Positions 1-8,996 are shown, counted from the first letter of the stretch. The stretch: DNA of 36,394 nt from Candidatus Methylomirabilales bacterium (GCA_046758505.1 JBHIAH010000021.1:1-36394); one strand, 5' to 3'. The notes: generated from the sequence alone by a model not told the origin. Made by a program: numbers and translations.

Positions 1-46
1 GGATGCTCCAGAAGCCTCGCCACACCTCTCGGACATATCGCCACAT
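1..46 (-). CDS. 5' end of a CDS running off the window (MWRYVREVWRGFWSI...), possibly a NuoI-like 4Fe-4S subunit
   Basis: ATG at 46 with AGGTG RBS at 52-56. The 15 visible residues resemble the amphipathic N-terminal helix of NuoI-type proteins, but are too few to be sure. Confidence 0.35.
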   Translation of the reverse strand, partial: MWRYVREVWRGFWSI

Positions 47-82
47 CGTTGCACCTATTCTTGGAAAGTCCCGGCTCCCAGC

Positions 83-259
83 CTAGGCGTGGGGCATGTC
101 TCCTTCGCCTATTGATTCCATCTCGTTATCCAGGAGGGAGTACACGAACTGCTGAAGCGCCTCGTCAGCATATTGTCCGATTCGCTCCCGCTGGGGCTTA
201 AGCGCCTGGTGGAAGCGCTCGATAAGTTCCCGTGGAAGCAACCCCCATCCGGCGAACAA
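83..259 (-). CDS. small hypothetical protein or gene remnant (58 aa, ...PRELIERFHQALKPQRERIGQYADEALQQFVYSLLDNEME...)
   Basis: Helical, protein-like composition. The only start is TTG at 259, and an in-frame TGA lies at 275-277. Confidence 0.3.
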   Translation of the reverse strand: MFAGWGLLPRELIERFHQALKPQRERIGQYADEALQQFVYSLLDNEMESIGEGDMPHA

Positions 260-413
260 TTCAAGGGTTGTCTCTCATGGAAGGAACTCCGCACCAGCAG
301 ACCGGCTTCGAGGTGGCGGAAGCCATCCCTTCACCGATCTCTTCAGCGCAGCGAACTCCCCGGGAGCCTCGTTGATGCTCTGACGATGGCCGCAGGCGTC
401 ACACGCAATACCC

Positions 414-722
414 TCAGATCTCCACTTCTATATCCACTCCGCTCACTCGGACATGATAGCTGGACACGCCGGTTTGCGCGGGCGGCGTGAGGACATCCCC
501 ACTCTTAGCGCTGAACTTTGATCCGTGCCAGGGACAGGTGACCACTTCTCCCTCCACAGGGCCCTCGGAAAGAGGACCGCCTCGGTGAGGGCAGGAATTA
601 TCAATGGCATGGTAGGTCCCCTCGAGGTTGAAGAGGGCGATCACTTTCCCGTCGACCTCCACCCTCTTGGCCTGGCCGGAAGCTACCTCGCTGGTCGTCG
701 CCACCTTCACGAATCTTGCCAT
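414..722 (-). CDS. Rieske [2Fe-2S] ferredoxin
   Basis: CPHRGG...CPWHG Rieske ligand motifs, 102 aa, strong GAGGAGG RBS. Confidence 0.95.
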   Translation of the reverse strand: MARFVKVATTSEVASGQAKRVEVDGKVIALFNLEGTYHAIDNSCPHRGGPLSEGPVEGEVVTCPWHGSKFSAKSGDVLTPPAQTGVSSYHVRVSGVDIEVEI

Positions 723-966
723 CCTGCAACCTCCTCATCACCGGCCTGCAATCTGAGTGGATTCCCACCGTTCGCATCGTGTTCATGGTTTCTGACACGT
801 CGAGGTCCCTGTCATGGTGGCTCAGACAGGAGTGCCTATAAGGCACCCCACGTTCATGGCTGACAACCTCCCGGGGATCTGCAGGGTCAACGTGAGAGAT
901 CTACTGCGGACGAGGCTGTCGGGGGAAGAAATCACTCCTACTTAGGTAGCCACGGGATGAGAAGGG

Positions 967-981
967 GCAAGGGCCGTGCCA
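967..981 (-). promoter_or_regulatory. sigma-54 (-24/-12) promoter pointing at the Rieske gene
   Basis: Minus strand reads TGGCAC-GGCCC-TTGC, a consensus match, next to an NtrC-family gene. Confidence 0.85.
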
Positions 982-1092
982 GATATTTCTAGGCCCGAGG
1001 ATGAATGGGACTCCTTTTCAAGATCCCGTCATTGCAAGGATTGAGGCGGCCGGATGGAAACAGACGCGTCCCACGGTGCCGCACGCGACGTA

Positions 1093-1123
1093 GGGAATTT
1101 TGGGGGGGCAGGGAGTTTCTCCC
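1093..1123. promoter_or_regulatory. putative enhancer (UAS) for the response regulator
   Basis: Palindrome GGGAG-TTT-CTCCC (1111-1123) and related GGGAATTTT (1093-1101), 110-140 bp upstream of the -24 element. Confidence 0.45.
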
Positions 1124-1126
1124 CGG

Positions 1127-2485
1127 TCAGATGGGGATGTTGTACGCCCGGATCTTATGGGTCAACGTCTTGACATCGATCCCCAGGAGCCGGGCAGCGG
1201 GCGCCTTCTTTCCCTGCGTATAGCGGAGGGTGCGGATGATGGAGAGCCGTTCCACCTCGGCGAGAGAGAGGGGCGCGTCCCCCTCCTGCGGTTGAAGCTC
1301 CACGCTCGGGCGGATATTGCGGGGCAGATCGTCCGGCTGAATGACCGTGCCCGGCGCGAGGAGGACGAGCCGTTCCACCGTGTTGGCCAGCTCCCGGACG
1401 TTTCCCGGCCAGGCATACCCACTCAGGACGTCCACCGCCTCGGGAGAGAAGGACTTGCGCTCACGCCCCGGAAGCCGGAACTGGTCGAGGAAGTGCTCGA
1501 GCAAACAGGGGATGTCCTCACTCCGGTCCCGGAGGGGCGGGACCGCCAGGTTGACGACGTTTAGGCGAAAGAAGAGGTCTTCCCGGAAGTGACCGGCGCG
1601 GACCTGCTGGTCAAGATCCTTGTTGGTCGCGGCAAAGATCCGCGTGTCGATCCGTCTCAGCCGGGTCCCTCCCACCCGCCGGAGCTCTCCGGTATCGAGA
1701 ACCTGGAGGAGCTTGGTTTGCATCGCCGGGCTCATCTCGGCCACTTCGTCCAGAAAGACGGTCCCCCCATCCGCCACCTCAAACAGCCCGGCCTTGGCGC
1801 TTACCGCGCCGGTGAAGGCTCCCTTTTCATGCCCGAAGAGTTCGCTTTCCAGGAGCTGGTCTTGAAAGGCGCTGCAATTGATCACCAGAAAGGGGCGATC
1901 CGCGCGTGGGCTCGCCTGGTGGAGTGCCCGGGCGATCAGCCCCTTGCCCGTGCCGGTCTCTCCCGAAATCAGGATCGGGGCGTTGGAAGCCGCCACCCGC
2001 CCGACCATCGCGAGGAGAGACCGCATGCCTTCGCTCTCCCCGAGGATGACGGCGTCGTCGCCCCGTTGACCCACCATGCGGCGAAGCGCCGTGTTCTCTT
2101 CCTGAAGCTGCCGTTTCTCCGCCGCCCGTCTCAGAACCGCCTCGACCTCCGAGAGCTTGAAGGGCTTCGTCAGGTAATCGTAGGCCCCCAGCTTCATCGC
2201 CTCGATGGCGCTCTCCACCTCGGGGTGTCCGGTGAGCACCACGACCTCGGCAGTCACCCCGGTCCCGCGGAGCCGCCGAAGGGTCTCCATCCCTCCGAGG
2301 CCCGGCATCTTGAGGTCGAGCAGCACGACGTCAAAATCCTGCCGGGTGAGGACCGCGAGCGCCTCTTCCCCATTCTCCGCGGTGACCACCGCGCAGCCAC
2401 TCTGTGGGAGTTCGCGCTCCATGAGGATCCGGGTCGGTTTTTCATCATCGACCACGAGCACCTGGACGGGACGTTTCTGCCTCAC
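1127..2485 (-). CDS. sigma-54-dependent response regulator (NtrC/AtoC/ZraR family; REC-AAA+-HTH)
   Basis: VLVVDDE receiver, LLDLKMP phospho-Asp, GETGTGK, GAFTGA, FLDEV, WPGNVREL, C-terminal HTH. GTG start at 2485 overlaps the kinase stop (GTGA). Confidence 0.95.
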   Translation of the reverse strand: MRQKRPVQVLVVDDEKPTRILMERELPQSGCAVVTAENGEEALAVLTRQDFDVVLLDLKMPGLGGMETLRRLRGTGVTAEVVVLTGHPEVESAIEAMKLGAYDYLTKPFKLSEVEAVLRRAAEKRQLQEENTALRRMVGQRGDDAVILGESEGMRSLLAMVGRVAASNAPILISGETGTGKGLIARALHQASPRADRPFLVINCSAFQDQLLESELFGHEKGAFTGAVSAKAGLFEVADGGTVFLDEVAEMSPAMQTKLLQVLDTGELRRVGGTRLRRIDTRIFAATNKDLDQQVRAGHFREDLFFRLNVVNLAVPPLRDRSEDIPCLLEHFLDQFRLPGRERKSFSPEAVDVLSGYAWPGNVRELANTVERLVLLAPGTVIQPDDLPRNIRPSVELQPQEGDAPLSLAEVERLSIIRTLRYTQGKKAPAARLLGIDVKTLTHKIRAYNIPI

Positions 2486-4233
2486 GATCCACTCCCCCCT
2501 TCCCGGCGGGCCACCGGAAGGCGGATCGCCATCGTCGTCCCTTTCCCCACCCCGTCGCTTCTGACCTCGATCGCCCCCCCGTGCTGTTCCATGATCCCCT
2601 GACAAATGGCCAACCCCAGCCCGGTCCCTTTGCCCACCTCCTTGGTGGTAAAGAAGGGATCAAGGACCTTGGCCAGGTGCTCTGGCGGTATCCCGCATCC
2701 CGTATCCTGGACATGGACCTCTACGTGGCCTGCAACCGGAAAGGCCGTGATCCGGACCTCGCCTTCGCCTTCAATCGCATCCAGGGCGTTGGTCACCAGG
2801 TTCAGAATCACCTGCTGAAGCATCTGGCGATCTGCCTCAACCACCGGGAGGCCCGGGGCGAGGTCGAGCGCAATCCGCCGGTTGGTCACCGCGGCCTGCC
2901 GGCTCACCAGGGCGACGGTATCTCGGATGAGGGACGCCATGTCGAGCTGCTCAAGGCTCGGTTCCCGCTGCCGCGCGAAATCGAGCAGGCGTCTCACGAT
3001 GGCCGATGCCCGCCCGACCTCTTCCTGGATGAGAGCGAGATACTCGGGAACGTCCCGGAACTCATACAGCCCCTGGAGCCGCCCCGCTTGGGCCCGCCGC
3101 TCGAGGGCCTCGGCGAATCCGGCCACCGACGAGAGGGGGTTATTAATCTCATGGGCCAACCCGGCGGCCAGACGGCCCAGGGAGGCCAGTTTCTCCTGCC
3201 GCAGCAGGAGGTCCTGCGAGCGCCGCAGTTGCTCGTACGACCGACGCACCTCCTCATACAGGCTAGCATTTTCCACCGCGATGGCCGCCTGCGCAGCCAG
3301 GGTCACCGCCAAGGCCTCATCATCCTTGCTGAACTCCTCGGCTCCCTGCTTCTCTGTAAGGTACAAATTCCCAAAGACCCTCCCCTTCGATATGATGGGC
3401 ACCCCCAGGAAGGACCGCATGAGGGGATGATGAGCCGGAAATCCGTGCGCCCGGGGGTCGTTGGTCAGATCCTTCAACCTAATGGGCTTTGCCTCCCGGA
3501 CGACGACACCTAGAATGCCCTTCCCCACCGGCAGGGGTCCGATCCGGGCCTTGGTCTCTTCGTTGACGCCCACAGTGATGAACTGACCCAACCCCCCGCC
3601 ATCCTCGTTGAGCATCCCGACGGCCCCATACTTGGCCCCGAGGACCTTACACGCAAGCTCTGCAATATTTTGAAGGACCGATTCGAGCGAAAGCTCTTTC
3701 GCCAACACCATGCCGGCTTCCACCAGGGCCTGGAGCTGCTCCACCCCCCGTCTGACGACCCCCTCCCGCTCTTGGAGAAACGCCAGGGCCACAATCACGA
3801 GGATCCTGTTGGCGACAGCTTTAAAGCGCTCGAGGGCGTGGATCAACCGGTCGGGCCTCTCCCCATACTTTTGCGCCAGCGATTGCTCGCACACACCTTG
3901 CAAGGTGAGCAGGGCGCCGAAGATGTGCTTGGGGGAGAGGCGGCGGAGGACGCCGCGAGCAGCCATGGCCTTGGCCAGGGCCTGGGCCCGGTGATAATGC
4001 CCTGTCTCGAGACAGGTGAAGTACGCATCGTAGATGGCTCTCGAATCCGCCTCCAGCTCTTCCGAGGTGCCCCCCCGAAGATACCCCCGGTCCTCCATTT
4101 CTTTCATCCATCGGCGCCGCAGCGCCCCCTCGCGCCTCCGGAAGTGCGCCAAAATCTCTCCGACCAGGCGGTCCCCCGAGACGCGGGTCTGTCGCGAAGA
4201 ATTTCCCGACTTGAATTTCGTTTTCCTTACCAT
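2482..4233 (-). CDS. cytoplasmic sensor histidine kinase (helical RsbRD_N-like domain, GAF, HisKA, HATPase_c)
   Basis: AHEINNPL H-box, NLVTNALDA N-box, DTGCGI, PFFTTK, GTGLGL; GAF motif SFLGVPI...GNLYLTEK...FSKDDE; no transmembrane helix. Confidence 0.93.
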   Translation of the reverse strand: MVRKTKFKSGNSSRQTRVSGDRLVGEILAHFRRREGALRRRWMKEMEDRGYLRGGTSEELEADSRAIYDAYFTCLETGHYHRAQALAKAMAARGVLRRLSPKHIFGALLTLQGVCEQSLAQKYGERPDRLIHALERFKAVANRILVIVALAFLQEREGVVRRGVEQLQALVEAGMVLAKELSLESVLQNIAELACKVLGAKYGAVGMLNEDGGGLGQFITVGVNEETKARIGPLPVGKGILGVVVREAKPIRLKDLTNDPRAHGFPAHHPLMRSFLGVPIISKGRVFGNLYLTEKQGAEEFSKDDEALAVTLAAQAAIAVENASLYEEVRRSYEQLRRSQDLLLRQEKLASLGRLAAGLAHEINNPLSSVAGFAEALERRAQAGRLQGLYEFRDVPEYLALIQEEVGRASAIVRRLLDFARQREPSLEQLDMASLIRDTVALVSRQAAVTNRRIALDLAPGLPVVEADRQMLQQVILNLVTNALDAIEGEGEVRITAFPVAGHVEVHVQDTGCGIPPEHLAKVLDPFFTTKEVGKGTGLGLAICQGIMEQHGGAIEVRSDGVGKGTTMAIRLPVARREGGSGS

Positions 4234-4475
4234 AGCTCCAATGCGGCAGCGAAATCCGCGTTCCTCCCGATGCTTCCCCAGGGCGGCCGTTCCACCCTAG
4301 TATACCCACAAATGCACAAGGGGAGAAATGGTGATCGAGGGGGCCAGCCTCGCCGTGAAAATCTTACACGCTTCTGCTCCATTCCCTCGGTCTCGCAAGG
4401 CTTCATAATAACATTGCGACACCCTCATCCCCGCTCCCGAACCCACGAGCAAAAGCCGCTTCCCACGCTTAGGAC

Positions 4476-4503
4476 TTGACACACGCGACTCGATGGGTAA
4501 TCT
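4476..4503 (+). promoter_or_regulatory. putative sigma-70 promoter
   Basis: TTGACA-N16-TAATCT about 410 bp upstream of the desaturase ATG. Confidence 0.45.
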
Positions 4504-4912
4504 CGTGCCCGAAGATTCCCGCATAACGATCTGCGGAACGCAGGGAAAATACGGGCGGCGATGGCCGGTACGGTCCTCCGGCTCTTCGCCGGCAAGGAGA
4601 CACAGCAGACCACGATCCGGGCATCGCCGCGGGGTGCCAAGACGTCGCCACCGGCCGGCCGCCGGTGATGGAGCGGTAGATACCCAGACTCTCGGTACGT
4701 CTTTTGCTCTTTCGGGTAGAGAAAGGAGGGTGGTCCCAACTGAATAATCTGCCAGAGGCAATGTTCTAATCTTGCAGGACCCGCATGAATCAGCCGGGGT
4801 CAGGCGGAGAACCTGACGTGTGCGGAGCAGCAGTTGAACGCACGCGCAAGTCACCCTCAGCGAGCGGGAAGAGAGATCGGGTGAACCATACGACCGAGGA
4901 GGAGGGGCTCTT

Positions 4913-5584
4913 ATGGGCAAATACGTTAACGAGGAAGGATTTCTCGTTTACAGCGGCTTCTGGTGGAAGCTGGCCCTGCCCGAGGTGATCTTGCTCGTCT
5001 ACCTGGGCGTCATCGGCGTCACCTGCATCTGGGCTACTTCCCGCCCGACGGGCGGGTGGACCGAGGTCTTCGTCGGGGTTTTGTTCGGGCTCTCTGTCTG
5101 GACCCTTTTCGAGTACGTCCTTCACCGGTGGCTGCTGCACCATACGCGCTACCCCCTCCTGCGCAAGATCTTCTGGAACGGCCTCCACAAGGAACATCAT
5201 ATGTACCGGCAGATGAAGGACCCCGAGCACCACGGGATACACCTCGCGATCTCGCTGCCGATCGTCCTCCTACTGATAAGCTCCGCGGGCGTGGTGACCG
5301 AATCCGGCTGGGGGCTGGCAACGGCGGCCGGATGGATCCTCGGTTACTGGCTCTACGAGGCGATCCACTGGCTGTTTCATGCTGGCGATCCGCAAGGGAA
5401 TTTCGGCAGATTCCAGCCTATCCACGGGCTCTGGGCCGCACATACGGTCCACCACCTCCACCGGGCGGATAAGAACTACGGCTTCGTCACGCTTTTCTGG
5501 GACCGATGCTTCGGCACGTATCTCCCCATCGAGCGAGCGCGAGCACGTCGAATCGACGGCTCCGCGGAGGGGCCCCCCGCCTGA
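4913..5584 (+). CDS. sterol desaturase / fatty acid hydroxylase family di-iron membrane protein
   Basis: His boxes HRWLLHH, HKEHH, HWLFH, HTVHH; NYGFVTLFWDRCFGT; four hydrophobic segments; GAGGAGG RBS. Confidence 0.92.
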   Translation: MGKYVNEEGFLVYSGFWWKLALPEVILLVYLGVIGVTCIWATSRPTGGWTEVFVGVLFGLSVWTLFEYVLHRWLLHHTRYPLLRKIFWNGLHKEHHMYRQMKDPEHHGIHLAISLPIVLLLISSAGVVTESGWGLATAAGWILGYWLYEAIHWLFHAGDPQGNFGRFQPIHGLWAAHTVHHLHRADKNYGFVTLFWDRCFGTYLPIERARARRIDGSAEGPPA

Positions 5585-5791
5585 GGAAGCACGGGTCACC
5601 ACTGAGGGCGGGGCGCCTCGCGACGCCAGGATCACTGGAAGGCGCCGCATCGGCGCCGCACCAACCCGAAAGCAATCGGCGGTCCGGCGCAAGCCGTGAG
5701 CAGCCAGAAGGCCAGAAAGCTATAATGCTAGCATGCTCAGAAGATTGGACGTTTCCCCTTTTTCAGCATCCTAGCGTTCCAGCAGCTCGGT

Positions 5792-5856
5792 GCTGATTGC
5801 TGGCAGCCGATCGCTGACAGCTGCTCGTTTCGGTCCCTGGACTTCGGTCATCGGTT
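5792..5856 (+). repeat. degenerate heptamer tandem array
   Basis: GCTGATT GCTGGCA GCCGATC GCTGACA GCTGCTC, then CCTGGAC TTCGGTC ATCGGTT. Confidence 0.6.
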
Positions 5857-5877
5857 GATTGCTGGAGGGCCGCTGGC

Positions 5878-6510
5878 ATGACCCTTGCCCTCGCTGGTTT
5901 CTTCATGGGTTTCATCGGTTCCATGCCGATCAGCGGTCCCATCTCCCTCTTGGTGTTCCATCGCGGGATGCTTGCCCGGTACCAGGAGGGATGGACGATC
6001 GGCCTTGGGGGGGCCCTCGCAGAGGGAATCTACTGTGCCCTGGCCATCCGGGGCTTCAGCCTCCTGCTGGGAGGCTCGTCCTTTCTCGAGGCGCTGGCCA
6101 AGGGAGTGGGTATCCTCCTGCTGTTTGCGTTAGGGCTCTATTTTCTCTTTGCCCGCCAGGAGGATCTTGACGACAGTCCGGTAGCCCAGCCGTCAGCGTC
6201 GAGCTGGGCGAGTACATTCTGCGTGGGGCTGAGCGTTGCCGCCCTCAATCCAACCCTGATCCTGACCTGGTCCGCGGCTGTGGCCATGCTCTACCCCCTC
6301 ACCAGCCTTACGTTCCATACGTACGACTGGATTGCCTTCGCCGCCAGCGTGGTCATCGGCATTGTCGCCTGGTTTACTGTCCTGCTCGCCCTGCTCCGAC
6401 GCTTCAAGGGCCGTTTCCCGTTCCCTGTGTTTCAGAGACTCATTCGCAGCATCGGCGGGGGGCTCATCCTCGTCTCGATTGTCTCGGCGGTACGGATGAT
6501 ACTCCGCTGA
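5878..6510 (+). CDS. LysE family translocator
   Basis: GSMPISGP N-terminal motif, GLSVAALNP motif, about six hydrophobic helices, GGAGG RBS. Confidence 0.9.
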   Translation: MTLALAGFFMGFIGSMPISGPISLLVFHRGMLARYQEGWTIGLGGALAEGIYCALAIRGFSLLLGGSSFLEALAKGVGILLLFALGLYFLFARQEDLDDSPVAQPSASSWASTFCVGLSVAALNPTLILTWSAAVAMLYPLTSLTFHTYDWIAFAASVVIGIVAWFTVLLALLRRFKGRFPFPVFQRLIRSIGGGLILVSIVSAVRMILR

Positions 6511-6811
6511 CCGTCGCCCCGGGATGTCCCGACGCTCGAGCGGGCTGACACCGGAAGGGGATCCTCGAGGGTCGGGGCATGCGCAGCGCGCGAGACGCCG
6601 AGGCACGACAGGCGCCTCCGGGGGGCTTTCCTCCGCATCGACACCCAAAGGCACAGGAGCAATCGGAAAGTAGCTCCCTGCGAAAAACCATTGACAAGAG
6701 GGTGCGAACTGTGTCAAAGATTTAGATACTTGGACGGGGTTGGTCGATTTTCCGCACAGAATCCTCCAGGTGCAATTCACCCCTCAGTCGCGCCTGCACG
6801 GAGAAGACAGG

Positions 6812-7411
6812 GTGCCAAAAGAGAGACGGCGGCAGGAAGTCCTCCATTCGGCCAAAGAAGTCTTTTCCAAAAAGGGTTTCCACAGGGCCAGCATCTCCGA
6901 CATCGTCGAGCGGGCCGGCATCGCCAGGGGAACTTTCTATCTGTATTTCAGGAATAAGCGGCATATCTTCGATAATTTGTTGGAGTCCCTCCTCCAGGAG
7001 CTGGATCAGCGCATTCCCACGATCGAGGTGGGCAAAGGAAAACCGCCCCCACTGGAGCAGCTCAGAGGAAACCTGACCAACGTCATCACCTTCTCCCTGG
7101 AGGAGCCCCACCTGATCCAGATTCTGTTCGACCACGCGATGGGATTGGATAAGGAGCTGGATCGCATGCTTCGTACCTTTTACGAACGCCTCACCGATCG
7201 CATCGAATTGGCACTACATTCGGGGATCGAGAGGGGTCTGGTCCGCTCGTGTGATACACGGCTGGTGGCCTACAGCGTGCTCGGAGCCATGAAGGAGGTT
7301 ATGGCCCAGCTCGCTTCCCACCGGATCTCGCCCCTCGATTTGAAGACGGTTGTGGATGATCTGTTGGAACTCGGCCGTCACGGGGTCCTCGTCGAGCCCC
7401 TCGAGGGGTGA
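6812..7411 (+). CDS. TetR/AcrR family transcriptional regulator
   Basis: HTH GFHRASISDIVERAGIARGTFYLYFRNK. GTG start at 6812 has a GGAG RBS; alternative starts are 6770 and 6740. Confidence 0.93.
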   Translation: MPKERRRQEVLHSAKEVFSKKGFHRASISDIVERAGIARGTFYLYFRNKRHIFDNLLESLLQELDQRIPTIEVGKGKPPPLEQLRGNLTNVITFSLEEPHLIQILFDHAMGLDKELDRMLRTFYERLTDRIELALHSGIERGLVRSCDTRLVAYSVLGAMKEVMAQLASHRISPLDLKTVVDDLLELGRHGVLVEPLEG

Positions 7412-7429
7412 TTTTTTTTGGCTGCGCTC

Positions 7430-7461
7430 TAGACTGACATGTCAGTCTATTATAATTATAA
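7430..7461. promoter_or_regulatory. probable TetR operator overlapping the promoter of the activase operon
   Basis: Perfect 20-bp palindrome TAGACTGACATGTCAGTCTA (7430-7449) abutting TTATAATTATAA (7450-7461, contains TATAAT), then the GGAGGAG RBS. Confidence 0.8.
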
Positions 7462-7473
7462 ATGGAGGAGGAA

Positions 7474-8991
7474 ATGGCACAAGCAACGGTAGAGCGCATA
7501 GAGCATTACCGGGCGTATAAACCCCAGCCCTTCACGAAGGAGGAGCGGGATTCCACCACGATTCTCTTCGGCGGGCTGACCTGGCGCCACGAGGCCTTGC
7601 TCCAGGCGGTCTTTGAGAATCTCGGCTACAAGGCCTTGCCGCTCCCGAACATCGCACGAACGGACCTCGATACCGGAAAGGAACTCATCGACACGGGGGC
7701 CTGCTGCCCTACCACCTTCACCACAGGCAACCTGATCAATTTCTTGCAATCAGAATCCAGCCGGATCGGCAAGGACGAGGCACGGCGGAAGTATGTCTTT
7801 CTCACCGCGGGAAATTGTGGGGCCTGCCGATTCGGCCAGTACCATGCTTCGTACGAGATGGGGCTACGCAATACCGGGTTCGAGGACTTCCGGATGTTCC
7901 TCTTCGCCCAAGACGGCCTAGACCAGGGAGCCATGGGTGGGGGCGGATTAGAGATCACCATGCCCTTTACTATAGGGGCCGTATGGGCCGTCCTGCTCGG
8001 AGATCTCGTCACGGACATGGAGTACCTGACCCGGCCCTACGAGATCAATCCCGGAACGACAGATCGGGTCGTCCAGGCGTGCATAGACTACCTCTCTGAC
8101 GTCTTCAAGAAAAGACCCATCAAGGGCAAGAGGTGGGGTTCGTTGGCATGGCATCTCAGCACGCGGTACTTCACCGAGGCCCTCGGGGAAGTCAAAAGGA
8201 AATTTCACGCCATTGAGGTCGACCGGTTGCAGCCCAAACCCAAGGTGGCGATCACCGGGGAATTCTGGCTCCAGACGCATGAGGGAGAGGGAAACTACAA
8301 CATCAAGCGGTGGCTGGAGCAGGAAGGAGCGGAGGTGATTCCTCCCTCAATTGCCGTGTGGCTGGATTACTGGATGAAGTGGTACTTGATCGAACTGGAG
8401 CAGCAGCGGGAGATCGACAAACACGCCCGCCCGAAGATGGCGGCCATTCGGGGCCTGCAGGCCATCTACCGCTGGAACTACAACCGGCTGAGGCGCGCCC
8501 TGGCGGGCCTCCCGTACTCGCTTCCGTACCAGGATGAGCTCCAGACGCTCGCCGCCCCCTTCTACCATTACCATCTCTCCGGGGGTGAAGGGTTCATGTT
8601 GGTAGGCAAAGCCCTCTATTACCACCTCCACAAAAAGGCCCACATGATCTGCGAGCTGTCCCCGTATGCATGCCTCCCCAACACGATGTCCATCGGCAGC
8701 ATGGCAGGCGTGCTGGGGAAGTACCCCGACCTTTTGTACGCGCCGATCGAGGTGAAGGGGGATGCGGAGGTGCATGCCCTGTCGAGGTGCCAGATGATTC
8801 TCACCGAGGCCAAAAAGCGGGCCGCCCAGGAATTTGAGGGGACGCTGGCGGAGACCGGCCTCACGGTCGACACGATTCGCGCGTACGAACGAGACCATCT
8901 GGAGCTGCGCCGGGCGACCCGCCGGGTGCCGCACACGGGCGTCGCGGGGACTGCCGCGAATTACGTCCGGCATCTTGCGGCCCGCCTGTAA
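7474..8991 (+). CDS. 2-hydroxyacyl-CoA dehydratase-like Fe-S protein (PlsR / PlsA C-terminal-like)
   Basis: GACCP, GNCGACRFGQY, TGEFW, GEG and PYACLPN motifs; ATG at 7474 after GGAGGAG. Confidence 0.8.
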   Translation: MAQATVERIEHYRAYKPQPFTKEERDSTTILFGGLTWRHEALLQAVFENLGYKALPLPNIARTDLDTGKELIDTGACCPTTFTTGNLINFLQSESSRIGKDEARRKYVFLTAGNCGACRFGQYHASYEMGLRNTGFEDFRMFLFAQDGLDQGAMGGGGLEITMPFTIGAVWAVLLGDLVTDMEYLTRPYEINPGTTDRVVQACIDYLSDVFKKRPIKGKRWGSLAWHLSTRYFTEALGEVKRKFHAIEVDRLQPKPKVAITGEFWLQTHEGEGNYNIKRWLEQEGAEVIPPSIAVWLDYWMKWYLIELEQQREIDKHARPKMAAIRGLQAIYRWNYNRLRRALAGLPYSLPYQDELQTLAAPFYHYHLSGGEGFMLVGKALYYHLHKKAHMICELSPYACLPNTMSIGSMAGVLGKYPDLLYAPIEVKGDAEVHALSRCQMILTEAKKRAAQEFEGTLAETGLTVDTIRAYERDHLELRRATRRVPHTGVAGTAANYVRHLAARL

Positions 8992-8996
8992 GGGAG

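Noticed and set aside
275..277. In-frame TGA upstream of the 83-259 ORF as possible selenocysteine
   Set aside because: No redox motif context and no recognisable SECIS hairpin.
1589..3513. Long plus-strand ORFs (337 and 310 aa) and similar antisense ORFs across the window
   Set aside because: Shadow frames of well-supported GC-rich genes, with no motifs of their own.
4660..4700. GGTGATGGAG resembling a fluoride riboswitch start
   Set aside because: The complementary stem and downstream conserved segment are absent, and no crcB-type gene is nearby.
4720..4736. Similarity to the reverse complement of the 16S rRNA 3' end
   Set aside because: Only about 17 nt with mismatches and no further rRNA sequence; treated as an SD-like element.
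6691..6717. TTGACA-N15-TGTCAA inverted repeat upstream of TetR
   Set aside because: Only 6-bp arms, no good -10 at canonical spacing, and limited similarity to the 7430 operator; too weak to call.
7397..7419. CCCC-TCGA-GGGG plus T8 as a terminator
   Set aside because: The 4-bp stem is short and separated from the T-tract; possible but unsupported.
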